From: Dehalococcoidia bacterium
Lineage (GTDB): Bacteria; Chloroflexota; Dehalococcoidia; Lucifugimonadales; Australimonadaceae
Length of the DNA: 64,000 bases
Reading direction: 5' to 3'
Assembly (NCBI GenBank): GCA_034423175.1
Contig: DAOUJA010000042.1
Coordinates: 16,610-80,609, forward strand
This document shows positions 36,098 to 44,578 of this stretch, piece by piece (position 1 is the stretch's first letter; each line of letters opens with the position of its first letter). Both the position numbers and the translations under genes were made by a program. The notes under the pieces were generated by a model. The model was not told where the DNA came from, searched no databases, and saw only the letters and a list, made by a program, of their open reading frames with translations.

Positions 36098-36787
36098 ATG
36101 AGCACAACCCATCCCCAGCACGGCAGTGGCGGCGCCATCTACACCGACGCGCTGGGCACTACACACGCATGGCCAAGTTCGCGAACTTGTCCAATCTGCA
36201 ATCACCTTGCACAAGTTGAATGGCGAGTGGTTCTGCGTATCGAACACCAGGACGGAGTGGAATGGCGTATTATGACTTGGGAGGCCATTGGGCAGAGCAT
36301 TCTAGGGTTCAACGCAAAAACAGTCTTAGGTCATTGCTTTGCATGCAACCTGCAATCTCTCCATGAGCCCGACGGGGCCTTGCTCTGGCCTAAAGAATCA
36401 AGTCTCCCACTCGCTAACGAAGACATGCCGTCAGATGTCAAAGAGTTCTATGACGATGCTCGTCAGACAGCAGTGAATTCAAAGCGGGGTGCACTAGTAC
36501 TACTTCGATTTTGTATGGAAGCATTGCTCTCGCTCCAAGGATATAGCGACGGCACTTTGTACAATAGAATCGAACAACTATACGTCAGCCAACGCGGAGG
36601 TAAACGGCTAAGGGACGCACTGAGTGCAGTTCGATTAGTGGGCAACTCTGCTGCGCATGACAATGAAATCGTTTGGGACAGGGAAGACCTTTCTCCTCTA
36701 TTCACGCTGGTAAACCTCATCGTAGATGAGTTCTATACCAAAGATGATTCAATTGCCGACATACTCAGCAGTGTAAAGCAGGAGTGA
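36098..36787 (+). CDS. Zn-ribbon + DUF4145 (HEPN-like) domain protein
   Basis: ATG at 36098 follows AGAGGAGGAGA. N-terminal CPICNH...(about 45 aa)...CFACN four-Cys pattern. The C-terminal half has the DUF4145 hallmarks (FYDDARQTAVNSKRGALVLLRFCMEALL...SAVRLVGNSAAHD). About 48% G+C on a sampled line (36481-36540: 29/60). Confidence 0.6.
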   Translation: MSTTHPQHGSGGAIYTDALGTTHAWPSSRTCPICNHLAQVEWRVVLRIEHQDGVEWRIMTWEAIGQSILGFNAKTVLGHCFACNLQSLHEPDGALLWPKESSLPLANEDMPSDVKEFYDDARQTAVNSKRGALVLLRFCMEALLSLQGYSDGTLYNRIEQLYVSQRGGKRLRDALSAVRLVGNSAAHDNEIVWDREDLSPLFTLVNLIVDEFYTKDDSIADILSSVKQE

Positions 36788-36828
36788 AGGCATGCATAGC
36801 GCTACCGTTGGACGAGGGCGCGTTGAGT

Positions 36829-36855
36829 GGGCTGAAGCTCGCTAGCCTTCAGCCC
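36829..36855. terminator. perfect 9-bp hairpin (GGGCTGAAG-N9-CTTCAGCCC) between convergent genes
   Basis: Lies in the 119-bp gap between the DUF4145 gene (+) and the DUF5615 gene (-). No T-tract on either side. Confidence 0.35.
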
Positions 36856-36906
36856 ATCTCATCACACTGCTTGGGCGGCCTCCTCAACGTCGGATTCGGA
36901 GAGTGG

Positions 36907-37269
36907 TCATGGGGCAGTCTCTCTGACACGGATGCGCGAGTCCTCCACGATCCACAATTGACCTTGCAGAGACACCCCGGACAGCACACTGAGCAGCCTC
37001 GCGCCAACCTCCATCAGGTAGTCCCGTTCTTGTTTACTCAGCCGGAAGACCACCAGTCCGGGATAGTGCTGTGGCGGGTACACCCTTATGTCCGCAAAGT
37101 CGAGGTCCAAGGTCACCAGCGCACGATCTTCACTCTGGCAAACGGACGCAATGCGTCGGTCGCTTGCGCCGACCATCCCTTGCTCAGGGACGGTAACCGC
37201 GTCATGGCCTCCCTCAACGAAAAGCCGCGCAAGCTCTCTGGGAAGATTCTCGTCCAGCTTGAAACGCAC
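36907..37269 (-). CDS. DUF5615 family PIN-like toxin (partner of DUF433)
   Basis: GTG at 37269 lies 8 nt downstream of the DUF433 stop. The N-terminus VRFKLDENLPRELARLF matches the typical MKFLLDENL start of DUF5615/Mut7-C-like proteins. Confidence 0.65.
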   Translation of the reverse strand: MRFKLDENLPRELARLFVEGGHDAVTVPEQGMVGASDRRIASVCQSEDRALVTLDLDFADIRVYPPQHYPGLVVFRLSKQERDYLMEVGARLLSVLSGVSLQGQLWIVEDSRIRVRETAP

Positions 37270-37276
37270 GGATGTC

Positions 37277-37591
<315 letters not shown>

Positions 37592-37754
37592 CTACGACAC
37601 CCGCATCCGCGAGCTTACGGCGCAGATACGGGAGAACCAGGCCCGCGTCAGTGAGATCATCGGTGTGCTCGCCGGGATGCAGTCGGACATCGCCCGCCTC
37701 GACGCCGCTTCGTGAGCGCGCATCTCTCGGGGACACGTTGGTGTTGGCGGGGCG

Positions 37755-37818
37755 TCTCCCCGAGAGATTCCTCGGCTTCGCTCGGAATGACAAGGTGGGT
37801 GCGCTCGCGATGGCAGGG
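37755..37818. repeat. intergenic repeat family 1, copy A (CCCCGAGAGAT...CTTCGCTCGGAATGACAAGG...TGCGCTCGCGATGGCAGG)
   Basis: Shares the CCCCGAGAGAT head, a CCGAG/CTCGG hairpin and two GCTCnnnATGrCAAG sub-motifs with copies at 37974-38030 and 38781-38875. Confidence 0.7.
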
Positions 37819-37831
37819 AGGAAGAGAGAAC

Positions 37832-37908
37832 TGGTCGGGGAGCCGGGATTTGAACCCGGGGCCTCTACGTCCCGAACGTAGCGCGCTACCGGACTGCGCT
37901 ACTCCCCG
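37832..37908 (-). tRNA. tRNA-Pro (anticodon CGG)
   Basis: The reverse complement CGGGGAGTAGCGCAGTCCGGTAGCGCGCTACGTTCGGGACGTAGAGGCCCCGGGTTCAAATCCCGGCTCCCCGACCA folds as a cloverleaf with anticodon loop TTCGGGA and an encoded CCA. Confidence 0.9.
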
Positions 37909-37973
37909 ACGCGGGAAGCGGCCCCACGGAAGGCCGCTTCGTCGATTCTAGCACAGGGAGGCGCTCCCGCCTC

Positions 37974-38030
37974 CTCCCCGAGAGATGTTTCGGCTCCGCT
38001 CAACATGACAAGCCGCCAGACCTGAACAGC
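37974..38030. repeat. intergenic repeat family 1, copy B
   Basis: CTCCCCGAGAGATGTTTCGGCTCCGCTCAACATGACAAGCCGCCAGACCTGAACAGCGG. Near-identical head and tail to copy C, including the CTGAACAG tail. Confidence 0.7.
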
Positions 38031-38034
38031 GGGG

Positions 38035-38742
38035 CTAGGAGCGCTGCGCCAGGCGCTCTCCGGCCTCGCGGAGGTCTTTCGGGGACTCGACGGACTTCCA
38101 GTAGGCCCGGCTCTCGAATGCCGCCAGGCGGCGCTCCGAGGCGAGCGCGGGGAACGTCTCGGTCTCGTGGTCGCCCACGTCCGGGAAGCGTTCGATGGCC
38201 TCCCGCGTGAGGACGTACACGCCGGCGTTGATCCAGTACGGCAGGGGCGGCTTCTCCGTGAAGCCGGTCACCAGCGCGCCGTCCGTCTCGACAATGCCGA
38301 ACGGGCTGATCATGGAGGTGAGCAAGACAGTCGCCAGGGCGCCCGACCGCTCGTGCGCCTCCACCATGGGAGCGAGCGGCTGGTCCGTGAGCACGTCGCC
38401 GTTCGTGGCAATGACGGCGGGGTCCGACAGGCCCGCCTCACGGTAGCCGTTCTTGTACGCGCCGCCCCGTCCGAGCGGGGACGCCTCCGCGATGCAACGC
38501 ACCTCCAGCCCCTCGATGCGCGGCGACGCGAAGTGCCCGGCGATGACCTCGTGCATGTAGCCGGTGAGCAGGAACGCGCGCTCGATGCCGTTGGCGCGCA
38601 GCCACGCGAGGTGGTGCTCGACGATGGGCCTGCCGTTGACTTCGACCATGGGCTTCGGCCTGTCCTGCGTGAGGGGCCAGAGGCGCTCGCCCTTGCCTCC
38701 GGCCAGCACGAGCGCAGTGTTCGGTTGGGCTTTCGCACTCAC
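38035..38742 (-). CDS. sugar-phosphate nucleotidyltransferase (NTP_transferase family)
   Basis: LVLAGGKGERLWPLTQDRPKPMVEV signature (G-x-G-x-R-L) and a GlmU/RmlA-like fold pattern. 235 aa. Confidence 0.8.
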   Translation of the reverse strand: MSAKAQPNTALVLAGGKGERLWPLTQDRPKPMVEVNGRPIVEHHLAWLRANGIERAFLLTGYMHEVIAGHFASPRIEGLEVRCIAEASPLGRGGAYKNGYREAGLSDPAVIATNGDVLTDQPLAPMVEAHERSGALATVLLTSMISPFGIVETDGALVTGFTEKPPLPYWINAGVYVLTREAIERFPDVGDHETETFPALASERRLAAFESRAYWKSVESPKDLREAGERLAQRS

Positions 38743-38780
38743 ACGGCCAGTCTACCGGGCAGGCGAATGGCGGGTAAACG

Positions 38781-38875
38781 CCCCCCCGAGAGATGTTTCG
38801 ACTCCGCCTCCGGCTTCGCTCAACATGACAAGGGGGGCTGCGCTCAACATGGCAAGCCCCCGGCTCTGAACAGTT
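38781..38875. repeat. intergenic repeat family 1, copy C (full bipartite copy)
   Basis: CCCCCCGAGAGATGTTTCGACTCCGCCTCCGGCTTCGCTCAACATGACAAGGGGGGCTGCGCTCAACATGGCAAGCCCCCGGCTCTGAACAG. Confidence 0.7.
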
Positions 38876-39677
38876 GCCGAGATGCCTTGTTTCCGATGGC
38901 CGCGCGCTCCTATACTCCGCGCCGGAACCTGCCGTGGCCGCCGCACCCGAACCCCTGCTGTCAGTCATCCTGCCGACGTACAACGAGCGCGAGAACGTGG
39001 CCGTGCTCGTTCCGAAGCTCCTCGACGTCCTCTCCGACGTCCCCTGCGAGGTGATCGCGGTAGACGACGGCAGCCCGGACGGCACGGCAGACGCCGTGCG
39101 GGAGATGGCGGCTGTCGACGCGCGCGTGCGGCTCGTCGAGCGCCCCGGAAAGGCGGGGCTCGCGAGCGCGGTGTTCGCGGGGGCGGCGGAGGCCAGGGGC
39201 CGGTTCGTGGCCGTCATGGACGCCGACCTCTCGCACGAGCCCGAGGTCCTGCCGGAGATGCTCGAACGCGCCAGGCAGGGCTGTGACGTGGTCATCGGCT
39301 CGCGCTACGTCCCCGGCGGGGCGTTCGCCCACCAGCCGCTGGCGCGGCGCTTCATCAGCCGGGTGCTCAACACGGCCGTCCGCGTGTTGCTCATGCTGCC
39401 CCAGCGGGACGTGCTGACCGGCTACGCGCTCTGCCGGCGGGAGCTGCTCACCCGGATGCCGACGCGCTACTCGTCGCGGGGCTTCAAGTGGCTGCTCGAA
39501 CTGCTGGCGGTGTACAGTGGGCTCCGGGTGCACGAGTCCCCCATCGTCTTCCAGAGCCGGTACGCCGGGGTGTCAAAGGCGGACGCGCGGGAAGCTCTGT
39601 GGCTCGCGATGCTGTGCCTGCGGCTCGCGCCGCGACGGGTGCGCCGGGCCCCGGCTACTTCCGCATCCGCGACCTGA
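38874..39677 (+). CDS. family-2 glycosyltransferase, polyprenol-phosphate mannose/glucose synthase-like
   Basis: SVILPTYNERENV, VDDGSPDGT and MDADLSHEP (DXD) blocks as in Ppm1/DPM1-type GT2 enzymes. Start uncertain (TTG at 38874 or GTG at 38934). Confidence 0.8.
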   Translation: MPRCLVSDGRALLYSAPEPAVAAAPEPLLSVILPTYNERENVAVLVPKLLDVLSDVPCEVIAVDDGSPDGTADAVREMAAVDARVRLVERPGKAGLASAVFAGAAEARGRFVAVMDADLSHEPEVLPEMLERARQGCDVVIGSRYVPGGAFAHQPLARRFISRVLNTAVRVLLMLPQRDVLTGYALCRRELLTRMPTRYSSRGFKWLLELLAVYSGLRVHESPIVFQSRYAGVSKADAREALWLAMLCLRLAPRRVRRAPATSASAT

Positions 39678-40368
39678 TACGGAACGTAGCGACGAACGTG
39701 GCGGGGGCGTCCTTCCAGGGCTGCACCTTGGAGCCTTCCGCGACGTGGCGCCAGCGCACCGGCACGTCCACGATGGAGCAGCCCAGCCGCTGCGCGTGGC
39801 CGAGCAGGTCGAGGTCGAACGCCCATCCGTTCTCGCGGATGTGAGGAGCGATGGTGCGCCATGCCTCGGCGCGCAGCGCCTTCGCCCCGCACTGGGTGTC
39901 CGGGTTCGGCAGTCCGAGGAAGCGCCGCACCCAGAGCCGCGACGCACCGCTGACGAACCGGCGGGAGCGGGACTTGCCCCCCTCCTCGTCCTCGCCGCCG
40001 AACCTGTCGCCGATGGCGATGTCGTGAGTCTCCAGCGCCTCCACCAGCTTCGCCGCCTCCGGAGCGCGCACCATGTTGTCCGCGTCCACGAACATGAGCA
40101 GCGAGCCTTCCGCGAGCGCCAGTCCCTCCCGGAGCGCGCCGCCCTTCCCCAGGGGAGTCGTGAACTCGGCGAGCCGCACCTCCGGCGCCGACGCCGCGAC
40201 CTCCTCGACGACTCCCCGCGTGTCGTCGCGGCAGCCGTTCAGCACGACGACGATCTCGAATTCGCCCTCGTACGAGCCGCGGAAGTGCGCGACGTACTCC
40301 TCGAGCGTGGGGCGGATGCGCTCCTGCTCGTTGTAGGCGGGGATGACGATGGAGAGCAGCGCCGTCAC
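39655..40368 (-). CDS. family-2 glycosyltransferase
   Basis: LSIVIPAYNEQERI, VLNGCRDDT, FVDADN. GTG start overlaps the pcrA stop (GTGA). The 3' end overlaps the convergent GT2 gene by 23 nt. Confidence 0.75.
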   Translation of the reverse strand: MTALLSIVIPAYNEQERIRPTLEEYVAHFRGSYEGEFEIVVVLNGCRDDTRGVVEEVAASAPEVRLAEFTTPLGKGGALREGLALAEGSLLMFVDADNMVRAPEAAKLVEALETHDIAIGDRFGGEDEEGGKSRSRRFVSGASRLWVRRFLGLPNPDTQCGAKALRAEAWRTIAPHIRENGWAFDLDLLGHAQRLGCSIVDVPVRWRHVAEGSKVQPWKDAPATFVATFRIRSRMRK

Positions 40369-42581
40369 GACCGTTGCACCTGCTCGAGTTTGCCGTAGCT
40401 GTGCAGGATGCGCTTCACACCCTGGTTGCCGGGGAACGCGACCGTCACCTCGTAGTCTCCGGGGCGCGGGCTGCAGTCGACGACGATGCCGAGCCCGAAG
40501 ACCGGGTGCGTCACCTTCTCGCCCGCCTTGAACGGCGGCGCCTGCGGCCTCCCCCCGCTGTCGGCTCCGACGGGCACGGGCCCCCGTTCCATCCCGCCCA
40601 TCGCCCCGTTCCCGTAGCGCTGCCCTCGTTCCGGGGCCTCGATCAAGTCGAACGGGATGTCCTTGAGGAAGCGGGACCTTCGGGACGCTCCGAACGAGCC
40701 GAACATGCGGCGCCGCAGCGAGCGGAAGAGGTAGAGGCGGTCGCGCGCCCGCGTCATGCCCACGTAGGCGATGCGCCGCTCCTCCTCCAACTGCTCGGGG
40801 TCGTCGATGGAGCGCATGTGGGGCAATACGCCTTCTTCCATGCCGGTGATGAACACGACCGGGTACTCCAGCCCCTTGATCTGGTGCAGCGTGATGAGCG
40901 TGAGGTACTGCTCCTCGTCCTCTTCCAGCGAGTCCTGGTCGGACACGAGCGCGATGCGCTCCAGGAAGGCCGGCAGGCTCTCCTCCGCCGGGGCGCCGGC
41001 GAACTCAGCGCTCAGCCCGCGCATCTCGCGCAGGTTCTCCAGGCGGTCCTCCGCGTCCGGGTCGTCGGAGTCGCGGATGGCCTGCCGCAGGCCGGACTGC
41101 TCCAGGACTTCGTCGACGAGCTGCGGCAGCTCCATCTCCGGTTTCAGGGTGTTCAGGCCATTCAGCAGCGTCAGGAAGCCGGTGAGCTGCCGCCGCTGGC
41201 GCGCGTCGAACGGCGACGGGTACTCGGGGTCGTCCGACAGCATCTGGAGCACGGTGTAGGCGGGTATCTCCCTTCCGTTCGCCAGCGCGAGCAGCTCGTC
41301 CACCGTGCGCTTGCCGATGCCCCTCGCCGGTACGTTGATAACGCGGGTGAGGCTCACCTCGTCGTAGGGGTTCTCCAGGAGGCGGAGGTAGCAGATGAGG
41401 TCTTTCACCTCGCGGCGCTGGTAGAAGCGCACGCCGCCCACGATCTTGTAGGGCAGTCCGTGGCGCAGACACGCCTCTTCCAGCGCGCGGGACTGCGCGT
41501 TCACGCGGTACGTCACGACGCAGTCGCGCATGGCCACGCCCTCTTCGCTGACGAGCCGCTGCACCTCCCGGACCACCTGCTGCGCCTCTTCCTCCTCCGA
41601 GTAGGTGTCGGCGATGCGGATGGGGACGCCGTCGCCGTTCTTCGTGAAGAGCTCCTGGTCGATGCGCTGGCTGTTGGCGCGTATGACGTGCTGCGCCGCC
41701 TGCAGGATGGTGCGCGTGGAGCGGTAGTTCTCCGAGAGCGCGACGACCGTGGCGTCCGGGTAGTCCTTCTTGAAGGAGAGGATGTTGCGGATATCGGCGT
41801 TGCGCCAGGAGTAGATGGCCTGGTCGGGGTCGCCCACGACGGCGAGGTTGCGGTGCTTGCCCGCCAGCAGGCGCGCTATCTCGTACTGTGCGGTGTTCGT
41901 GTCCTGGAACTCGTCCACCATGAAGTGGATGAAGCGTTCCCGCCACTTGTCGTGCACCTCCGGCGCACGCTTGAAGAGTTCGACCACTTTGCCGAGCAGA
42001 TCGTCGAAATCGACCCCGTGGCTGCGGGCGAGCGACGCCTGGTACGCCGTGAAGACCTGGGCGACTACCCTCTCGTACGGGCCGTCCGCCTTCACGGCGA
42101 CGGCGTCCGGTCCGAGGAGCTGGGACTTGGCCCTGCTGATCGCGGAGAGCAGGGAGCGCGGAGGGAAGCGCTTGGGGTCCAACTGCAGCTGCTCCATGCA
42201 CTGCTTGATCAGGTTCATCTGATCGTCGTCGTCCATGATGACGTAGTCGGAGGGGATGCCGATGGCCTCGCCGTCGCGCCGCAGGACGGACGCGCAGAGC
42301 GCGTGGAACGTCCCGGCGGTGATGCGCTGGGCGCCGTCGCCCATCAGCACGGCGAGCCTGTTGCGCATCTCCCTCGCGGCGCGGTTCGTGAACGTCACCG
42401 CCGCGATGCGTCCCGGGCCGATGCCGACGTGCCGGTTGAGGTAGGCGATACGGTGCGTGATGACGCGCGTCTTGCCGGAGCCGGGCCCCGCCACGATGAG
42501 CAGCGGCCCGTCCACGCATCGGACGGCCTGGCGTTGAGGCGGGTTCAGCCCTTCCAGCAGTGCGTCGGCGCGACCGGTCAT
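40365..42581 (-). CDS. pcrA: ATP-dependent DNA helicase PcrA/UvrD (SF1)
   Basis: GPGSGKTRVITHR (Walker A), DEFQDTN, VGDPDQAIYSWRNA, TLHQIKGLEYPVVF, YVGMTRA. 738 aa. Confidence 0.9.
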   Translation of the reverse strand: MTGRADALLEGLNPPQRQAVRCVDGPLLIVAGPGSGKTRVITHRIAYLNRHVGIGPGRIAAVTFTNRAAREMRNRLAVLMGDGAQRITAGTFHALCASVLRRDGEAIGIPSDYVIMDDDDQMNLIKQCMEQLQLDPKRFPPRSLLSAISRAKSQLLGPDAVAVKADGPYERVVAQVFTAYQASLARSHGVDFDDLLGKVVELFKRAPEVHDKWRERFIHFMVDEFQDTNTAQYEIARLLAGKHRNLAVVGDPDQAIYSWRNADIRNILSFKKDYPDATVVALSENYRSTRTILQAAQHVIRANSQRIDQELFTKNGDGVPIRIADTYSEEEEAQQVVREVQRLVSEEGVAMRDCVVTYRVNAQSRALEEACLRHGLPYKIVGGVRFYQRREVKDLICYLRLLENPYDEVSLTRVINVPARGIGKRTVDELLALANGREIPAYTVLQMLSDDPEYPSPFDARQRRQLTGFLTLLNGLNTLKPEMELPQLVDEVLEQSGLRQAIRDSDDPDAEDRLENLREMRGLSAEFAGAPAEESLPAFLERIALVSDQDSLEEDEEQYLTLITLHQIKGLEYPVVFITGMEEGVLPHMRSIDDPEQLEEERRIAYVGMTRARDRLYLFRSLRRRMFGSFGASRRSRFLKDIPFDLIEAPERGQRYGNGAMGGMERGPVPVGADSGGRPQAPPFKAGEKVTHPVFGLGIVVDCSPRPGDYEVTVAFPGNQGVKRILHSYGKLEQVQRS

Positions 42582-42584
42582 GGA

Positions 42585-43700
42585 CTATGAGACGCCGTAG
42601 AGCGCGTTGGGGTTGTCGCTCAGTATCTTGTCGGTCGTCCGGGCCGGGACGTTGGTGCGGGAGCGCAGCACTTCCACCATGTGCGTCTGCGCGGAGGGGT
42701 CGGTCTTCAGCCGGTCGGTCGTGCCGGAAGCGTGATGCCCGTAGTCGGTGCCGACGACGATGTGGTCCTCGCCTATCCTGTCCATGAGGTACGGCAGGTC
42801 CTCGCCCACCTCGTACGAGATCCAGATGTTGTACTCGTCGAAGAGGCGCGGGCCGAAGAAGTCCGCGTCCTGTTTCATGGTGCCCGTGAGCTGGTAGAGC
42901 GCGTAGGGCACCCAGGACGCGCCGGTCTCGATGAAGCCGAAACGCAGTCCCTTGAACTGCTCCGGTATGCGGTTGTGCACGATGTTGCGAAACGCGGCGA
43001 TCGGGGGGAACCTGCCATGCGTGAACGAGTGGCTCCGCTCCGGGTCGACCAGGTTGTTGAGGGCCGGCGCGCCCTGCCCCTGGTGGACGCAGATGGCGAG
43101 GTCCAGGGCCTGCGCCTCCTCGTACACCGGGAAGAAGTAGGGGTCGTCCAGCATCCTGTCCTTCTCGATGCCGCGGAAGAAGACGCCGCACGCGCCGTTC
43201 TCCTTCCCGAACCGCATCTCGCGTATCGTCGCGTCGATGTCGCGCAGCGGGGGAACGACCACCCACCGGATGCGGTCCTCCGAACGGGCCCACACGTCCG
43301 CGAGGTAGCGGTTATACGCGCGGGAGAGGGCGACCTCATAGGCCGGGTCTTCCGTGAGAAAGGTGAGGAAGAGCGTGGGGTAGACGACGTGGGCGTCGAC
43401 GTTCGTGGCCTTCATTCCCTCGAACCGCATCGGGATGTCGGTGAGGTCGCGGGCCGGTATGTCGGTGTTGCGACTCATCCGCGCCTGCGCCGTGGGGGTT
43501 GCGAGCGAACTGCCACCGCGCCCGATGGGCTTCGGAACGATGCGCCCGTCGATCAGCCACATGTGGTCCCTGTCGCCGTACAGCGTGTCTTCCGGCAAGC
43601 TGACGATGACCGGGCGGCGGGGGCGCCACTCGGGGTCGAGGTGGTCCCACATCCGCACGGGTTCGGCGATGTGGGTGTCTGCGTCGAGTATCCCTGCCAT
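42585..43700 (-). CDS. amidohydrolase-2 family protein
   Basis: Trimmed to the ATG at 43700 (GGAAGGAGG RBS). ILDADTHIAEP N-terminus and VVGTDYGH near the C-terminus. Stop lies 3 nt before the pcrA start. Confidence 0.75.
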   Translation of the reverse strand: MAGILDADTHIAEPVRMWDHLDPEWRPRRPVIVSLPEDTLYGDRDHMWLIDGRIVPKPIGRGGSSLATPTAQARMSRNTDIPARDLTDIPMRFEGMKATNVDAHVVYPTLFLTFLTEDPAYEVALSRAYNRYLADVWARSEDRIRWVVVPPLRDIDATIREMRFGKENGACGVFFRGIEKDRMLDDPYFFPVYEEAQALDLAICVHQGQGAPALNNLVDPERSHSFTHGRFPPIAAFRNIVHNRIPEQFKGLRFGFIETGASWVPYALYQLTGTMKQDADFFGPRLFDEYNIWISYEVGEDLPYLMDRIGEDHIVVGTDYGHHASGTTDRLKTDPSAQTHMVEVLRSRTNVPARTTDKILSDNPNALYGVS

Positions 43701-43876
43701 GACGCTCCTCCTTCCGCTCATGTCCGGACTTCCGTAATGGCGGCATTGTAAGGCAGGGACTGCCGGGATGCGCTCCCCCCCGTGACAGGCAGTACGCGTG
43801 CGTCATCCGCCTATTGCGTTGTCATTGTTCTTTTCGGAGGACAGGTGTGCTAGACTGATACATACGGAGTGATCCT

Positions 43877-44089
43877 GTGACCTCGCAAGCACAACCAACG
43901 ACAGAAGAACGGCTCAGCAGACTCGAAGGCGCCTACGAGCAGGTCAACGAGCGGCTGAACGATCTGACGCAGGCCGTCAACAGCCTACGGTCGGAGACCA
44001 ACAGCCGCTTCAACAACCTGTACGTCATCATGGGCGGCTCCTGGGTGTCGCTCATGGCGGCGATCATCGCCTCCAACTTCCTGGACTGA
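43877..44089 (+). CDS. small coiled-coil, C-terminally membrane-anchored protein (70 aa, XhlA-like architecture)
   Basis: GTG start. MTSQAQPTTEERLSRLEGAYEQVNERLNDLTQAVNSLRSE then a hydrophobic tail WVSLMAAIIASNFL. Architecture only; no homology verified. Confidence 0.45.
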   Translation: MTSQAQPTTEERLSRLEGAYEQVNERLNDLTQAVNSLRSETNSRFNNLYVIMGGSWVSLMAAIIASNFLD

Positions 44090-44187
44090 TTTCCGCGCCT
44101 GCCCCTGCGACCCACTCCGCTTGACGCACCCTCCCTCTCTCCCTACGATAGTTCGACACACGGGATGCCGGAGCCGAGGAAACAGGT

Positions 44188-44535
44188 ATGACCACAACGC
44201 AAGAGCCCCTGACCATCACCATCACCGAGAACGGCGCGAAGCACGTGCAGCAGTTCATGGCCGCCGAGGGCGTCGCGCAGGGCATCCTGCGCGTTGCGGT
44301 GAAGGGCGGCGGCTGCTCCGGTCTCACGTACGTGCTCGACCTCACGAACGAGGCGCAGGAAGGCGACAAGGTCATCGAGCAGAACGGCATCAGGCTCGCC
44401 GTTGACCGGAAGAGCTACGTCTTCCTCGCCGGTACCGAGCTGGACTACTCCGGCGGCCTGAACGGCAAGGGCTTCGTCTTCAACAACCCGAACGCCAAGA
44501 AGGCATGCGGGTGCGGCACCTCGTTCTCCGTCTAG
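44188..44535 (+). CDS. erpA: iron-sulfur cluster insertion protein (IscA/ErpA/HesB family)
   Basis: 115 aa. LRVAVKGGGCSGLTY and C-terminal CGCGTSFSV motifs. Confidence 0.85.
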   Translation: MTTTQEPLTITITENGAKHVQQFMAAEGVAQGILRVAVKGGGCSGLTYVLDLTNEAQEGDKVIEQNGIRLAVDRKSYVFLAGTELDYSGGLNGKGFVFNNPNAKKACGCGTSFSV

Positions 44536-44578
44536 CCCCGGCGATACCACACTTGCCCCACCCTGCTATGCTCATTCC

